From Marinicella sp. (GTDB taxonomy: Bacteria > Pseudomonadota > Gammaproteobacteria > Xanthomonadales > Marinicellaceae), in assembly GCA_965230295.1 (NCBI GenBank), contig OZ246001.1, positions 3,456,001-3,520,000 on the forward strand: a stretch of 64,000 nucleotides of DNA, written 5' to 3'. A program made the position numbers and the translations under genes. The notes below the pieces were generated by a model. That model was not told the origin of the DNA. It worked only from the letters and a program-made list of their open reading frames with translations, and did not search any database. Positions 18,104 through 31,776 of the stretch are shown one piece after another (within the stretch, counting starts at the first letter, position 1; each line of letters opens with the position of its first letter).

Positions 18104-18361
18104 TCAAGAAAACAGCAAGCCATAGGTCGCAACCATGGTGCCTGTGAAACAACCAACCAAGAGACAAAAACCTAAGAATTCCATGACATAGGTTTTTATT
18201 TTTTTGACGAGCTGGGGGTGGTTGCAAGCCGATTGGATCGCCAGGGCAAGGCATACACTGAAAATGACTGTATAAGCCACCCAGTTGGGTACGGCGAGAA
18301 TGACAAAACAACCACTGATTAACAGTAAAGTGGTCAACACAGGTGTATTTGATTTGATCAT
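18104..18361 (-). CDS. Small hypothetical membrane protein
   Basis: 85 aa with about three hydrophobic stretches. Confidence 0.5.
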   Translation of the reverse strand: MIKSNTPVLTTLLLISGCFVILAVPNWVAYTVIFSVCLALAIQSACNHPQLVKKIKTYVMEFLGFCLLVGCFTGTMVATYGLLFS

Positions 18362-18433
18362 GATGAATCCGATTGGTGAAGAATGTTTAAATTAAATCAC
18401 GGCTTATTCGCAATTCTTGAGAACGCACAATAA

Positions 18434-18638
18434 AGAATGTTCTTGGGCCTTCATGGCTTACTACTTCGAACGAGCTACGGTATTCAAGCAAGGCTCATTG
18501 ACTTCGTCAAATCGCCATGACTACATGTACGCGCTACGGCATTCTAGGTAGGCACCTTCATTTTCGATGAAATTGCCAACCTTTCATCACCTGCACTGCC
18601 TAACCGGCTCGGCGGGTCATGCTGCTCAGCAGCTTTCC
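18434..18638 (-). mobile_element. Mosaic MITE-like repeat, copy 2 (inverted relative to copy 1)
   Basis: AGAATGTTCTTGGGCCTTCAT...AACCGGCTCGGCGGGTCATGCTGCTCAGCAGCTTTCC matches the reverse complement of the copy 1 ends. Confidence 0.75.
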
Positions 18639-18701
18639 ATACAAGGAAGAAAAAGTACATTTTGTTGAACTTCGGTTAATTCATGGTTTAAAATCAATAG
18701 G

Positions 18702-20816
18702 ATGTGTGCAGCTAAAAATATACTGAAGGAAGTTTTTGGGTACGATCAGTTTCGCAATCAACAAGAGGAAATTGTCAATGCCATAGTTGATGGGAAAGAT
18801 GCCTTGGTGCTGATGCCTACCGGAGGGGGCAAATCTTTGTGTTATCAGATTCCGGCCATTGCCAGGGCTGGAGTGGGCGTGGTGGTTTCGCCATTGATTG
18901 CCTTGATGCAGGACCAAGTCAATGCCTTGAAACAACTTGGAGTGAAGGCTGCTTATATCAATTCAACCTTGTCTGCTGCAGATGTAGATGAGGTACAAAA
19001 GCAAGCCATTGATGGTACCTTGGATTTGTTGTATTTATCACCTGAACGACTGTTGGGAGATGAAACCCAGGCCTTTCTTAAAAATGTCGATGTGGCCTTG
19101 TTTGCGATTGATGAGGCCCATTGTGTCTCTCAGTGGGGACACGACTTCAGAAAAGAGTACCAAAAATTATCCATCCTTCATGAGAACTTTCCAGCCGTAC
19201 CTCGAATCGCTTTGACGGCTACTGCTGATGAAAAGGTGAGGGCGGAAATTGTTAAAGAACTGCAGTTGGATGGGGCAGAAATATACGTTTCCAGTTTTGA
19301 CCGCCCTAACATCACTTATGCCATTGAGGAACAGGAAAATGGTAAACAACAATTGTGGCGATTTATCAATGAAAATCATCCAACAGATGCTGGTATTGTT
19401 TATTGTCTGTCTCGACGTAAGGTGGAAGCGGTGGCTGAATTTTTGGTGGGCAAAGGACGCAAAGCACTGCCATATCATGCAGGCTTGTCAAATAAGATTC
19501 GTGAGAAAAACCAAAGCCAATTTTTGATGGAAGACGGGGTGATTATAGTGGCCACCATTGCTTTCGGAATGGGTATAGATAAACCCGATGTGCGTTTTGT
19601 GGCGCACTTCAGTATGCCTAAAAATATTGAATCTTATTATCAGGAAACTGGACGGGCAGGACGTGATGGACAAGTTTCAAATGCCTGGATGGCCTATAAC
19701 TATAAAGATGTTGTGATGCAAAGACAGTTCATCCGTGATTCAGATGCGGCCGATGAGCATAAAAATGTGTTACATAACAAATTAGACTCATTGGTTGATT
19801 TGTGTGAACAATTGGATTGCCGAAGACAAACACTGTTGCGTTATTTCAATGAAACTTTGGAAGAACCCTGTGGTAATTGTGATAACTGTCTGAATCCACC
19901 AGAGAAAATTGATGCTTCAAAAGAAGCACAAATGGCCTTGTCTGCTATATACCGCACAGATCAACAGTTTGGCATCATGTATTTGATAGATGTTTTGTTG
20001 GGCAGTGATGCGGATGAACGAGTGGGCAAATTAAAACATGACCGACTCAATGTTTTTGGCTTGGGGAAAGACCATGTGAAGACCTGGTGGCGACGATTGT
20101 ATCGCCAATTGATCAGTCAGGGATTCATTGATGTAGAAGCCGAGTTTGGTTCTTTGAAATTAACAGAAAAATCCAAATCAATATTGTCGGGTGACAAATC
20201 TTTTTACCTTCGGGATGTGGTTAAGGCCAGCAATAAGTCGAAGAAAAGCGATGAAGTTGATTTGGGTCGGCATGACACCATTTTATGGAACGCCCTGAAA
20301 AAACTCAGAATGGACCTGGCTTCAGATCAAGGTGTACCGCCTTATGTGATTTTCAGTGATGCTTCGTTATTAGAAATGGTCAGGAAACGCCCTGTGGAAG
20401 GTGAGAAATTCATGTACATATCAGGGGTAGGGGAATATAAACTGGCCAAATATGGTGAAGACTTCATTCGAGTGATCAAAGACAACCCATTGCCTGATAA
20501 GTTAGACAACAGGCTTGAAGATGAAGTTAATGTCTCGTTAGATCATTTCTTGGAACACAAGTCTGTTGAAAAAGTGGCAGAGGTTCTTGATCTGAATATC
20601 AATACAGTGTTCATGCATTTATCCAAAGCCATTGCGGTCGGCCTGGTAGATAAAAAGGACGTCACAGGGCTGGAAGATGGCGACATTGATTACATCATAC
20701 AAATGGCAGAGATGACTGGTTACCTTGAAGAAAAGAAACTCAAACCGGTTTTTGATGCACTTGACGGTATGTATGACTATGGTACATTGCGATGTGTACT
20801 TGCCGAGCTCGAGTGA
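18702..20816 (+). CDS. recQ: ATP-dependent DNA helicase RecQ
   Basis: MPTGGGKS, DEAHCVSQWGHDFR, QETGRAGRDG, Zn-binding CRR...CGNCDNC, HRDC domain (VPPYVIFSD) and a C-terminal HTH-like extension. Confidence 0.97.
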   Translation: MCAAKNILKEVFGYDQFRNQQEEIVNAIVDGKDALVLMPTGGGKSLCYQIPAIARAGVGVVVSPLIALMQDQVNALKQLGVKAAYINSTLSAADVDEVQKQAIDGTLDLLYLSPERLLGDETQAFLKNVDVALFAIDEAHCVSQWGHDFRKEYQKLSILHENFPAVPRIALTATADEKVRAEIVKELQLDGAEIYVSSFDRPNITYAIEEQENGKQQLWRFINENHPTDAGIVYCLSRRKVEAVAEFLVGKGRKALPYHAGLSNKIREKNQSQFLMEDGVIIVATIAFGMGIDKPDVRFVAHFSMPKNIESYYQETGRAGRDGQVSNAWMAYNYKDVVMQRQFIRDSDAADEHKNVLHNKLDSLVDLCEQLDCRRQTLLRYFNETLEEPCGNCDNCLNPPEKIDASKEAQMALSAIYRTDQQFGIMYLIDVLLGSDADERVGKLKHDRLNVFGLGKDHVKTWWRRLYRQLISQGFIDVEAEFGSLKLTEKSKSILSGDKSFYLRDVVKASNKSKKSDEVDLGRHDTILWNALKKLRMDLASDQGVPPYVIFSDASLLEMVRKRPVEGEKFMYISGVGEYKLAKYGEDFIRVIKDNPLPDKLDNRLEDEVNVSLDHFLEHKSVEKVAEVLDLNINTVFMHLSKAIAVGLVDKKDVTGLEDGDIDYIIQMAEMTGYLEEKKLKPVFDALDGMYDYGTLRCVLAELE

Positions 20817-21778
20817 GTCAGCAAAAAACTTTATACATCACCAATGGTGACAGTGCAGTTGGCGGGCTAAAAGCTGCTGGTTTTTCTGGAGATTTTTTAC
20901 CCATTCGAGACCCTTTGCACGTTGGCCCCCTGTTGGCTGATGATGATTTTATTTCTGATCTTTCGCCACGGTGTCAATTCATCATAGATGAACAATGGGC
21001 AAGTTCTGAAAAAGTGCTTCAGTTTCAGAAGGAAAGGCGTGAAACCTTAAAGAATATCGACCAATACCAATCCATTCAATTGTGGTTTGAGCATGACCTC
21101 TATGATCAATTACAGTTGTTGTGGGTGTTGCAATTTTTAGCCCAATATGGCGTCAATCCAAAACGAGTAAAACTGGTGGTAACTGACCTTTATTTGGGCC
21201 ATGCTTATGACCATGATTTTTTTGAATTGTTGCGTTTTCAGGAAGCTGTAGAGCCAGAACATTACCAAATCGCGGTTAATTATTGGCAGCTATTGACGTC
21301 TTCAAACCCCAATGATTGGCTGGTGATGATCAAACAACCCCATGCCTTGTTTCCATTTGTAGCTCCTGCCATCAAAAGATTTTGTCAGGAATTTCCTGCT
21401 TGTAACAATGGTTTGGCCTTAACTGCTCAGAGGGTGTTGGAGTTATGTCGCCAGGAAATTTCTTCATTTGATCTGTTCAAAGCCACTCAAAAGCAAGAAC
21501 AAGCGGTTTTTATGGGAGACACCCAGTTTTTCGATGTGGTTGCAAAAATGGCAAACCAATCTGCAGCCTTGTTGGATTTACAATCAACAGATCTGCCGTT
21601 GATACACCCTGACCAATCCCTAAAAATCAACACATTAGGCCTACAGGTTTTGGAGCACAAGAAAGATTATTTAGAACTGGTGGAACCCAATTTTTGGCTG
21701 GGTGGTGTGCACCTAAAGCCAGGTAATATTTGGTGCTATAATGATGAAAAGAACAGCTTCAAACGGAGGGCTTCATGA
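20813..21778 (+). CDS. DUF1835-like protein
   Basis: LYITNGDSA, DPLHVGP, LWFEHDLYDQLQL and WLGGV motifs; GTG start overlaps the recQ TGA. Confidence 0.75.
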   Translation: MSQQKTLYITNGDSAVGGLKAAGFSGDFLPIRDPLHVGPLLADDDFISDLSPRCQFIIDEQWASSEKVLQFQKERRETLKNIDQYQSIQLWFEHDLYDQLQLLWVLQFLAQYGVNPKRVKLVVTDLYLGHAYDHDFFELLRFQEAVEPEHYQIAVNYWQLLTSSNPNDWLVMIKQPHALFPFVAPAIKRFCQEFPACNNGLALTAQRVLELCRQEISSFDLFKATQKQEQAVFMGDTQFFDVVAKMANQSAALLDLQSTDLPLIHPDQSLKINTLGLQVLEHKKDYLELVEPNFWLGGVHLKPGNIWCYNDEKNSFKRRAS

Positions 21779-22209
21779 AATATCAAAATTCAATAACAGT
21801 TAATGTACCCCTGAAGCGGTTTATAGAGTTGTTGGACAACCCTGAAAACATGAAATACTGGCAAAAAGGGCTGCAGTCTTATGAGGTATTAGATGGCACT
21901 CCAGGTGCAGTGGGTTCAACCATGCGCATGAATTACCTGCATGGCAAGCGTGAAGTGTCTTTACTAGAAACCATCACTGCCAACAACCTCCCCAATGAGT
22001 TCTCGGCCACCTATGAATGTAAAGGAGTCTGGAACCTGGTGGAAAATCACTTCACAGAAACCCCCGAAGGACACACCCAATGGGTTTCGTACAGTGAGTT
22101 TAAATTCACTGGCATGATGAGAATCATGTCATGGTTCATGCCCACCTCGATGTTCAAAAAGCAATCTTTTCAAATGCTGGAAGATTTCAAAGCTTTTGCC
22201 GAAAGGTGA
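21775..22209 (+). CDS. SRPBCC/START-like family protein
   Basis: NPENMKYWQKGL and a helix-grip-like pattern; 144 aa. Confidence 0.8.
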   Translation: MKYQNSITVNVPLKRFIELLDNPENMKYWQKGLQSYEVLDGTPGAVGSTMRMNYLHGKREVSLLETITANNLPNEFSATYECKGVWNLVENHFTETPEGHTQWVSYSEFKFTGMMRIMSWFMPTSMFKKQSFQMLEDFKAFAER

Positions 22210-22389
22210 ACACCGAACATTCATTAGCCAATATTTGGCACTTCATGGGTTTTGAATTTGGCCCAGGTCACATTTCTTATTAAATAAAGATAATTTTCAT
22301 GAAATTCAGTATATTATCTATGAAAGTTCAACTGAATCATGCCTTTATTGAGTACAGTAAAATGGTGTGTATTAAGAAAACCTGACTAG

Positions 22390-24561
22390 ATGAAGCAAAG
22401 TGAAATTTCAAAAGACTTGTTGTTAGCCGTACTTGGAGGGTTAATAGCGGCTGGTATCAATCTTTTCAGGTTGCCACTTTTTTTTGAAGCAGAGTTTCTT
22501 TTTGGTCCAGCCGTTGTTTTATTGGTGGCGATTTTTCGGGGCCCCCTGGCGGGTCTTATAGCCAGCATCATTGCCACAGTGCCGGTCATCATGGCTTGGG
22601 GTAGTTTTTGGGCGATGTTGACATTTGGATTAGAAGCCTTGTTTGTGGCGATCATATGCACTCGTTGGCACATCAATGTGATTTTAGTGGTCATGGCTTA
22701 TTGGCTGTTCATAGGCATGCCGGTTTCCTGGTATTCGATTTCTCAATACGAATTGTTTTTGGATTCTCACCGCACCTCAATTCTGATCAAACAATTAACC
22801 AACGCCATTTTGTATGCCCATGTCACTGCATTGGTTATGTTTTTGCCAGCAGTCAGGAATTATTTAACCAGAGTAGATGATCGCAAATCCATTTCAATCA
22901 AAGAGCAGTCATCTCACATCATTGCTTCACTACTGATCACTGTTGGTATCTTGTTTTTCTTTTTTAACTTGAATCAGAACATCAAAATTTCCAGTGAAAA
23001 GTTCAGCCAAATTCATGACACCAAGCATGATAAATTGACCGCTCACTTGAAGTTGATGGTAGACAGTAAATTAACTGCGATGAATGAGTTGAAATACAAC
23101 ATATCGCATGTTTGGAATGACAAGGATGTGCGTCAGAAAGTGTTGCTGGAATTCAATGACAGGCATCCGGAATTTCGCACCATGATCATTGCAAACGCCA
23201 ATGCAGATTTATTACATTCATCACCACCTGAGTTGGTGATTAATGTGCTTTCACAAAATGAAACCATCAATGTAAAAGACCGCGACTATTTTATCAATGC
23301 CATTGACTCCAATCAGGTATACGTATCTCCAGGGTTTGTTGGTAGGGGCTTTGGTAGTGATTTGATTTCAGCTGTCAGTGTTGGTATTCCGGATCCCACC
23401 AATTCGGAGGTCAATATCGGCATTGTCGAAGGCTCTTTTATCTTATCCTCAATGAAAGCCGTGAAAGAATTGATTGATAACATTGATGAATCAGTTGATG
23501 GTATTTTGTTTGACCAATATGGGCAAGCCATCATCGCGTCAAGACAGCTTTTTTTACAACCGTTAGAAACCATTGAATTCAGTAAAGGTGTTGATCAATT
23601 TTATGAGCATGACTTGGTCAATATGGTCAGATCAAACGGAACCAAAGAGCCGGGTATTTATTATTCTCTTGAATCGGATTTTGCATGGGGCTGGAAGTTG
23701 GTTACCTTACAAAATGAAGCCAAGTTTGCTGATGTGATAGAAACGGTGTTGATTACTTTTGCCGTATCAATTGTATTGGTGGTTTTGGTGGCTAAATTAC
23801 TGGCATGGGCCATCAGTAACTCTTGGTCTTATCACATGCAAAGATTGAATGAAATGATAGAACAAGGTGTTGACTTCAACAATGATTTGGTCGAGTTCGA
23901 AGAGAATGATCACTTGCCAGAAGAGGTCAGTAACTTATATCAAGAAATAAAAAGAAGTAAGCAAAAAATCATCACCATGAATCAGGAGTTGCAAAACACC
24001 GTTGCAGAAAGGACTGAAAAATTACAAGTTGCCAATGAAAAACTCAATGTCATGGCTCGAGAAGATGAGTTGACCAAACTTGATAACAGGCGGGTTTTCA
24101 ATGAAACATTGAATCAGTTGTATCAACAATGCCAAAAGGAGTTGTTGCCACTTTCAATGATGATCATTGACATTGATCATTTCAAGAAAGTCAATGATTC
24201 ATATGGGCATCCAGCAGGCGATGACGTTTTGATTTTTTTGGCCCAGGTGTTACAACAATATAAACACAAACCTGTACAGTCAGTTTCCAGGATTGGTGGT
24301 GAAGAGTTTTGTTTGTTATTGAAAGGCAGACAGCATGAACAAGCTTTCGATTTGGCTGAAGACATCAGAAAGCGGGTGGAAAGCATTGATTTCAAAGTGG
24401 GCGCAGATAAAACCATTCAATTAACCATTTCCATTGGTTTGGCATCCATCAATCCAACCAAGTTTACAGCTGCGAAATTGTATCAACTGGCTGATACTGC
24501 ACTGTATGAAGCCAAACATTCTGGCCGCAATCAAGTCAAAAATGCTGACTTCAGTGGTTGA
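22390..24561 (+). CDS. Membrane sensor diguanylate cyclase (TM region, Cache-like domain, GGDEF)
   Basis: Multi-TM N-terminus, DRDYF Cache-like motif, DIDHFKKVNDSYGH and RIGGEEF. Confidence 0.9.
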   Translation: MKQSEISKDLLLAVLGGLIAAGINLFRLPLFFEAEFLFGPAVVLLVAIFRGPLAGLIASIIATVPVIMAWGSFWAMLTFGLEALFVAIICTRWHINVILVVMAYWLFIGMPVSWYSISQYELFLDSHRTSILIKQLTNAILYAHVTALVMFLPAVRNYLTRVDDRKSISIKEQSSHIIASLLITVGILFFFFNLNQNIKISSEKFSQIHDTKHDKLTAHLKLMVDSKLTAMNELKYNISHVWNDKDVRQKVLLEFNDRHPEFRTMIIANANADLLHSSPPELVINVLSQNETINVKDRDYFINAIDSNQVYVSPGFVGRGFGSDLISAVSVGIPDPTNSEVNIGIVEGSFILSSMKAVKELIDNIDESVDGILFDQYGQAIIASRQLFLQPLETIEFSKGVDQFYEHDLVNMVRSNGTKEPGIYYSLESDFAWGWKLVTLQNEAKFADVIETVLITFAVSIVLVVLVAKLLAWAISNSWSYHMQRLNEMIEQGVDFNNDLVEFEENDHLPEEVSNLYQEIKRSKQKIITMNQELQNTVAERTEKLQVANEKLNVMAREDELTKLDNRRVFNETLNQLYQQCQKELLPLSMMIIDIDHFKKVNDSYGHPAGDDVLIFLAQVLQQYKHKPVQSVSRIGGEEFCLLLKGRQHEQAFDLAEDIRKRVESIDFKVGADKTIQLTISIGLASINPTKFTAAKLYQLADTALYEAKHSGRNQVKNADFSG

Positions 24562-24572
24562 ATGATTCTCTT

Positions 24573-25517
24573 TTACCAGTTTTTCAGCAGTGTTAAACCA
24601 GTAAAAGTCAGATCATCTGTGTAGAATTGGCCATATGGAGAATGTCCATCTTGATATTCCAGTAACAGTTGAAACGGTGAATCAGTCCATTGATGAATCT
24701 CTATACCCGCACGCATATTGACATTGATGGTCCAGTCATAGGCACCCCAAGATGTTAAGTCTACCGCCCATATTGGTTTGATGTTATGCCACATTCCGCC
24801 TTGATACTGCCAACCCAGTTGCCACATGCTTTGGTCTAAATTACCCGGCTCAGAACGTGTGATAAAGCCCAAGCCCGCATACAAATCCCAGTTGTTGATG
24901 TTTTTATGAGCAGTCCATTTAATGGTCTCATAGGATAAGTTGATCCTGTCTTGGAGAAAATTTTGGTTATCAATGATGAATTCATCACCCAAATGAGTGC
25001 TCTTGTGGGTGTAACTGAATCGCCAATTCCAGTTTTCTAATGATTGTACGATTTCACCACCAACAAAAAAGTCGGTATTAATCAATGCACCACCACGGTT
25101 GTTTCTGGTGTCTAACTCGTCCACGTCAAACTGAGAACGAATTTGTCCAAACACATTGAATGTCAGGCTGCGCCCATTTTGGAATTCAAAATCCCTGATT
25201 GAATGCCTGATCCCGGCGCCGAATAAAAAAGCATTGAAGTCATCACCAAGAAAATCAAGGGATCCATAACTGACATATAAATTGGGTTCGTTCAGATCTG
25301 CCAATAAAGGAGGGAATTCATTGTCAGTGACTGATGATTGCGTGGATGTTTCTTCTGAATCTTCATCCTGGTTTATTTGATCATAACAAAGCAATCGTTC
25401 TTGATCATCAGTAACTTGGCGGCATTGCGTTAATTGTGCATTGATCTCTGATGCGCTTATGTGGCAAGACATCATCAATAAAAACAACATTGAAGAAATA
25501 TTTGAAGACGTTTTCAT
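24573..25517 (-). CDS. DUF1207-like exported beta-barrel protein
   Basis: Signal peptide, LINTDF, HKSTHLGDEF and GHSPYGQF motifs, terminal Trp. Start uncertain (25517-25544). Confidence 0.7.
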   Translation of the reverse strand: MKTSSNISSMLFLLMMSCHISASEINAQLTQCRQVTDDQERLLCYDQINQDEDSEETSTQSSVTDNEFPPLLADLNEPNLYVSYGSLDFLGDDFNAFLFGAGIRHSIRDFEFQNGRSLTFNVFGQIRSQFDVDELDTRNNRGGALINTDFFVGGEIVQSLENWNWRFSYTHKSTHLGDEFIIDNQNFLQDRINLSYETIKWTAHKNINNWDLYAGLGFITRSEPGNLDQSMWQLGWQYQGGMWHNIKPIWAVDLTSWGAYDWTINVNMRAGIEIHQWTDSPFQLLLEYQDGHSPYGQFYTDDLTFTGLTLLKNW

Positions 25518-25568
25518 GGTTTTTCTCATTTCATGTGCTGACATAAATGGTTTTTACACCATGCCAAT

Positions 25569-25603
25569 AAAAACAGGCAAGGATTTTTTAAACCACTTGC
25601 CTG
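25569..25603 (-). terminator. Terminator downstream of acnA
   Basis: CAGGCAAG...CTTGCCTG stem followed by TTTTT on the minus strand. Confidence 0.6.
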
Positions 25604-25647
25604 ATCAATACAGTTCAAATCTTTAAATACCAGTGATGAGTAATGGT

Positions 25648-28314
25648 TTAAGACGATGCCAGGTTTCTGAGCACATAGTGCAAAATCCCGCCGTGCCTGC
25701 AATACTCAACTTCTTTAGGGGTGTCGATTCTGACATCCACTTCAAAAGTTGTTGATGAACCGTCTTCTCGATGCACTGTCACCTGAGCCGTTTTGCTTTC
25801 GCCATTTTGCAAGCCAGAAACATCATAAGTTTCTTTACCCGTTAGGGCATAAGTGTCGGCATTTTCGCCGGCTTTGAATTGCAAAGGGATCACGCCCATT
25901 CCAACCAGGTTCGACCTGTGGATGCGTTCATAGCTACACACCAACACAGCCTTTACCCCCAGTAAATTGGTGCCTTTGGCAGCCCAATCTCGAGAAGACC
26001 CTGTGCCATATTCAGTGCCACCAATGACCATCAAGGGTACGCCACCTGCTTGGTACTTCATGGCGGCATCAAAAATACTCATTTCTTCGTCTGAAGGTTG
26101 GTGTCGTGTCCAGCCACCTTCGGTACCTGGTGCCAATTGATTGCGTAAGCGAATGTTGGCAAATGTGCCACGCATCATCACTTCATGGTTACCACGTCTT
26201 GAACCATAGGAGTTGAAATTGGCCTTGGCAACACCTTTCTCTTTAAGGTAGCTGCCTGCTGGTGAGTCTTCTGCAATGGCTCCTGCAGGTGAAATGTGGT
26301 CTGTGGTCACAGAATCACCCAGCTTGGCCAGAATACGTGCATTTGTGATGTTATCTATGGTACCCACATCTAAAGTCATACCGGCAAAGTATGGTGGGTT
26401 TTTGATATAGGTTGAGTCGGCTTGCCAATCAAATAATTCAGATTCAGTGGTCTTAACAGCTTCCCAGTTGGCATCCCCTTCAAAAATACCTTCGTAACCC
26501 GCAGCAAAACTTGATTTTGAAACATTGTTTTGGATGGTGTCTGCAATTTCATGATCACTGGGCCAAATGTCTTTCAAATAAACTGGGTTGCCATCTTGGT
26601 CATCACCTAATGACTCATTCTGTAAATCAAAATCCATGGTGCCTGCAATGGCATAGGCAACCACCAATGGTGGAGAAGCCAGGAAATTCATTTGGATGTC
26701 GGCATGGATACGACCTTCAAAGTTGCGGTTACCTGAAAGAACTGATGTGGCAATCAAATCATGATCATTGATGGCTTGTGACAGGGCAGGGTCCAATGGA
26801 CCTGAGTTACCAATACAGGTGGTGCAGCCAAAACCAACGACATTAAAGCCCAGGGCTTCTAAGTCATCCATCACACCAGCAGAATTTAAGTAATGTGACA
26901 CCACTTTCGAACCAGGTGCCAGTGAGGTTTTAACCCATGGTTTAACTTTCAATCCTTTGGCAGCGGCATTTCTGGCCAATAAGCCCGCTCCCAACATCAC
27001 GGCAGGATTTGAGGTGTTGGTACACGAAGTGATGGCGGCTACTGCAATGTTTCCATCGGTAAACTCGTAGGAACCACGTTCTGCAGACACAGGTACGGTT
27101 TTTGGAGGTCTGCCATTTTCAAATTCTTTAAAGTGCTGGTTATAAGTCTCTTTTGCCACATTCAACTCAATGCGATCTTGCGGCCGTTTAGGGCCTGAAA
27201 TACTTGGAACCACAGTGCTCATATCCAATTCAAGCACGGCCGTGTATTCAGCATCAATGCTGTTTTCATCATGGAACATGCCTTGGGCTTTGGCATAAGC
27301 CTCAACCAAGTTCACTTGTTCATCGGAGCGACCTGTCAGGCTTAAATAACGCAAGGATTCATTGTCAACAGGGAAGATACCGCAAGTGGCACCGTATTCT
27401 GGCGCCATATTGGCAATGGTTGCCCGATCTGCCAAAGGCAAATGTTTCAGTCCAGATCCAAAAAATTCAACGAATTTACCCACCACGCCATGTTCACGCA
27501 ACATATCAACCACGGTCAATACCAGGTCAGTGGCGGTGACGCCTTCTTGAAGTTTACCGGTTAATTTAAAACCCACCACTTGGGGAATTAACATGGAAAT
27601 GGCTTGTCCTAACATGGCCGCTTCGGCCTCAATGCCACCAACTCCCCAACCCAATACACCAATACCATTGATCATGGTGGTGTGTGAGTCGGTGCCAACC
27701 ACAGTGTCTGGATAGGCCATCAATTCGCCGTTTTGTTCTGCACCAAAAATCACCCTGGCTAAATATTCCAGGTTGACCTGATGAACAATACCATTTCCAG
27801 GCGGCACCACCTTAAATGAATCAAATGCAGTTTGTCCCCATTTTAAAAATCCATAGCGTTCCATATTGCGTTTAAATTCTATTTGGGTGTTCAAGTCTGC
27901 GGCATCATTGGTTCCATATTTATCTACCTGAACAGAGTGGTCTATCACCAACTCTGCCGGTGATAAGGGGTTGATTTTCTGTACATCACCACCCAGCGAT
28001 TTCATGGCATCACGCATGGCGGCTAAATCCACCACTGCGGGAACACCTGTGAAATCCTGCAGTACCACTCTTGAAGGTGTAAAGGCAATTTCAGTTGAAG
28101 GTTCTGCTTTGGGATCCCAATTACAAATGGCTTCAATGTCAGACACTGTGACATCAATGCCGTCTTCATTGCGCAGTAAGTTTTCTAGCAATATTTTTAA
28201 ACTGAAAGGCAGTTTGCTGATGTCATATTTTTCGGCAATTTTGGCCAAGCTGAAGTATTTGTAAGATTTGTTGTTGGATGCCAATTGCATGGCAGTTTTT
28301 AGCGTATCACTCAT
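25648..28314 (-). CDS. acnA: Aconitate hydratase A
   Basis: [33 protein letters not shown] and [10 protein letters not shown] motifs. Confidence 0.98.
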   Translation of the reverse strand: MSDTLKTAMQLASNNKSYKYFSLAKIAEKYDISKLPFSLKILLENLLRNEDGIDVTVSDIEAICNWDPKAEPSTEIAFTPSRVVLQDFTGVPAVVDLAAMRDAMKSLGGDVQKINPLSPAELVIDHSVQVDKYGTNDAADLNTQIEFKRNMERYGFLKWGQTAFDSFKVVPPGNGIVHQVNLEYLARVIFGAEQNGELMAYPDTVVGTDSHTTMINGIGVLGWGVGGIEAEAAMLGQAISMLIPQVVGFKLTGKLQEGVTATDLVLTVVDMLREHGVVGKFVEFFGSGLKHLPLADRATIANMAPEYGATCGIFPVDNESLRYLSLTGRSDEQVNLVEAYAKAQGMFHDENSIDAEYTAVLELDMSTVVPSISGPKRPQDRIELNVAKETYNQHFKEFENGRPPKTVPVSAERGSYEFTDGNIAVAAITSCTNTSNPAVMLGAGLLARNAAAKGLKVKPWVKTSLAPGSKVVSHYLNSAGVMDDLEALGFNVVGFGCTTCIGNSGPLDPALSQAINDHDLIATSVLSGNRNFEGRIHADIQMNFLASPPLVVAYAIAGTMDFDLQNESLGDDQDGNPVYLKDIWPSDHEIADTIQNNVSKSSFAAGYEGIFEGDANWEAVKTTESELFDWQADSTYIKNPPYFAGMTLDVGTIDNITNARILAKLGDSVTTDHISPAGAIAEDSPAGSYLKEKGVAKANFNSYGSRRGNHEVMMRGTFANIRLRNQLAPGTEGGWTRHQPSDEEMSIFDAAMKYQAGGVPLMVIGGTEYGTGSSRDWAAKGTNLLGVKAVLVCSYERIHRSNLVGMGVIPLQFKAGENADTYALTGKETYDVSGLQNGESKTAQVTVHREDGSSTTFEVDVRIDTPKEVEYCRHGGILHYVLRNLASS

Positions 28315-28410
28315 TGATAAACCCCTGTTTGTGGATTCTGTAATAGAAAAGTTCTTTGAATAATTATTTTGATTATTATCGCACTTTTAATTCATAAAAT
28401 ACAACCATAT

Positions 28411-28469
28411 GCAGCGCAGGGGAGGCTGGTTTATTTTGGTTGAATGCGCAGAGGTGTTAACAGGCCCTA
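28411..28469. mobile_element. Truncated copy (one end) of the GGGCCTGTTAACAC-type MITE
   Basis: GTGTTAACAGGCCCTA at 28454-28469 is identical to the 47.3-kb MITE end. Upstream GCAGCGCAGGG resembles its internal GCAACGCAGGG. Confidence 0.6.
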
Positions 28470-28511
28470 GCATGGAATTCAGTTCATCCCATGCTTGTCT
28501 TACAGTTCATT

Positions 28512-28538
28512 GGCTTGATATCTTGATGGCATCAAGCC
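28512..28538 (-). terminator. Hairpin immediately downstream of acnB
   Basis: GGCTTGAT...ATCAAGCC stem; weak U-tract. Confidence 0.4.
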
Positions 28539-28548
28539 GGGTGTGGTT

Positions 28549-31344
<2,796 letters not shown>

Positions 31345-31466
31345 CAAATTCGCTACCATAAAAAAAGAACGGCGTATTATACCTTCATAGGTGTTAAAAG
31401 TTAACTCAAAGCGCGTCGCGAAGAGTCACTGAAATCATTCCTAATGGTTTGCGAACCCTTAATTAA

Positions 31467-31613
31467 GGAATGTTCTTGGGGCTCCATTCACTTTTGTTCC
31501 AGACAAAAGTGAAAACGACCTCGGCGAACATGACTTGCTACCTCGCGCTCTTCGCCTCTGATTCGCTATGCTCACCAACCGGCTCGGCGAGTCAAGCTGC
31601 CCAGCAGCTTTCC
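31467..31613 (-). mobile_element. Mosaic MITE-like repeat, copy 3
   Basis: GGAATGTTCTTGGGGC...CAGCAGCTTTCC flanked by TTAA and TTTA; near-identical to copy 1 without an approximately 90-bp internal segment. Confidence 0.8.
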
Positions 31614-31756
31614 TTTACCCACATTTGAATTCAATGATAATGCACCCAAAATAATGTATGCACATAAAGTTTTGATTTTATAGGCAAAAAATCGATCGCA
31701 GGATTTTCTGATTCATTTTATAAAAATTTCATTGTTTAAAATAACTGCCACATCAA

Positions 31757-31776
31757 ATTCAAACAAACGTTTGAAA
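31757..31776. promoter_or_regulatory. Candidate PsrA (TetR-family) operator overlapping a -35 element
   Basis: ATTCAAAC-AAAC-GTTTGAAA palindrome; overlaps TTGAAA-17bp-TATTTT, which has an extended TG. Confidence 0.55.

Noticed and set aside
17330-18638. CRISPR array or group II intron interpretation of the repeats
   Set aside because: There are no regularly spaced direct repeats or cas genes, and no convincing domain V motif or reverse transcriptase.
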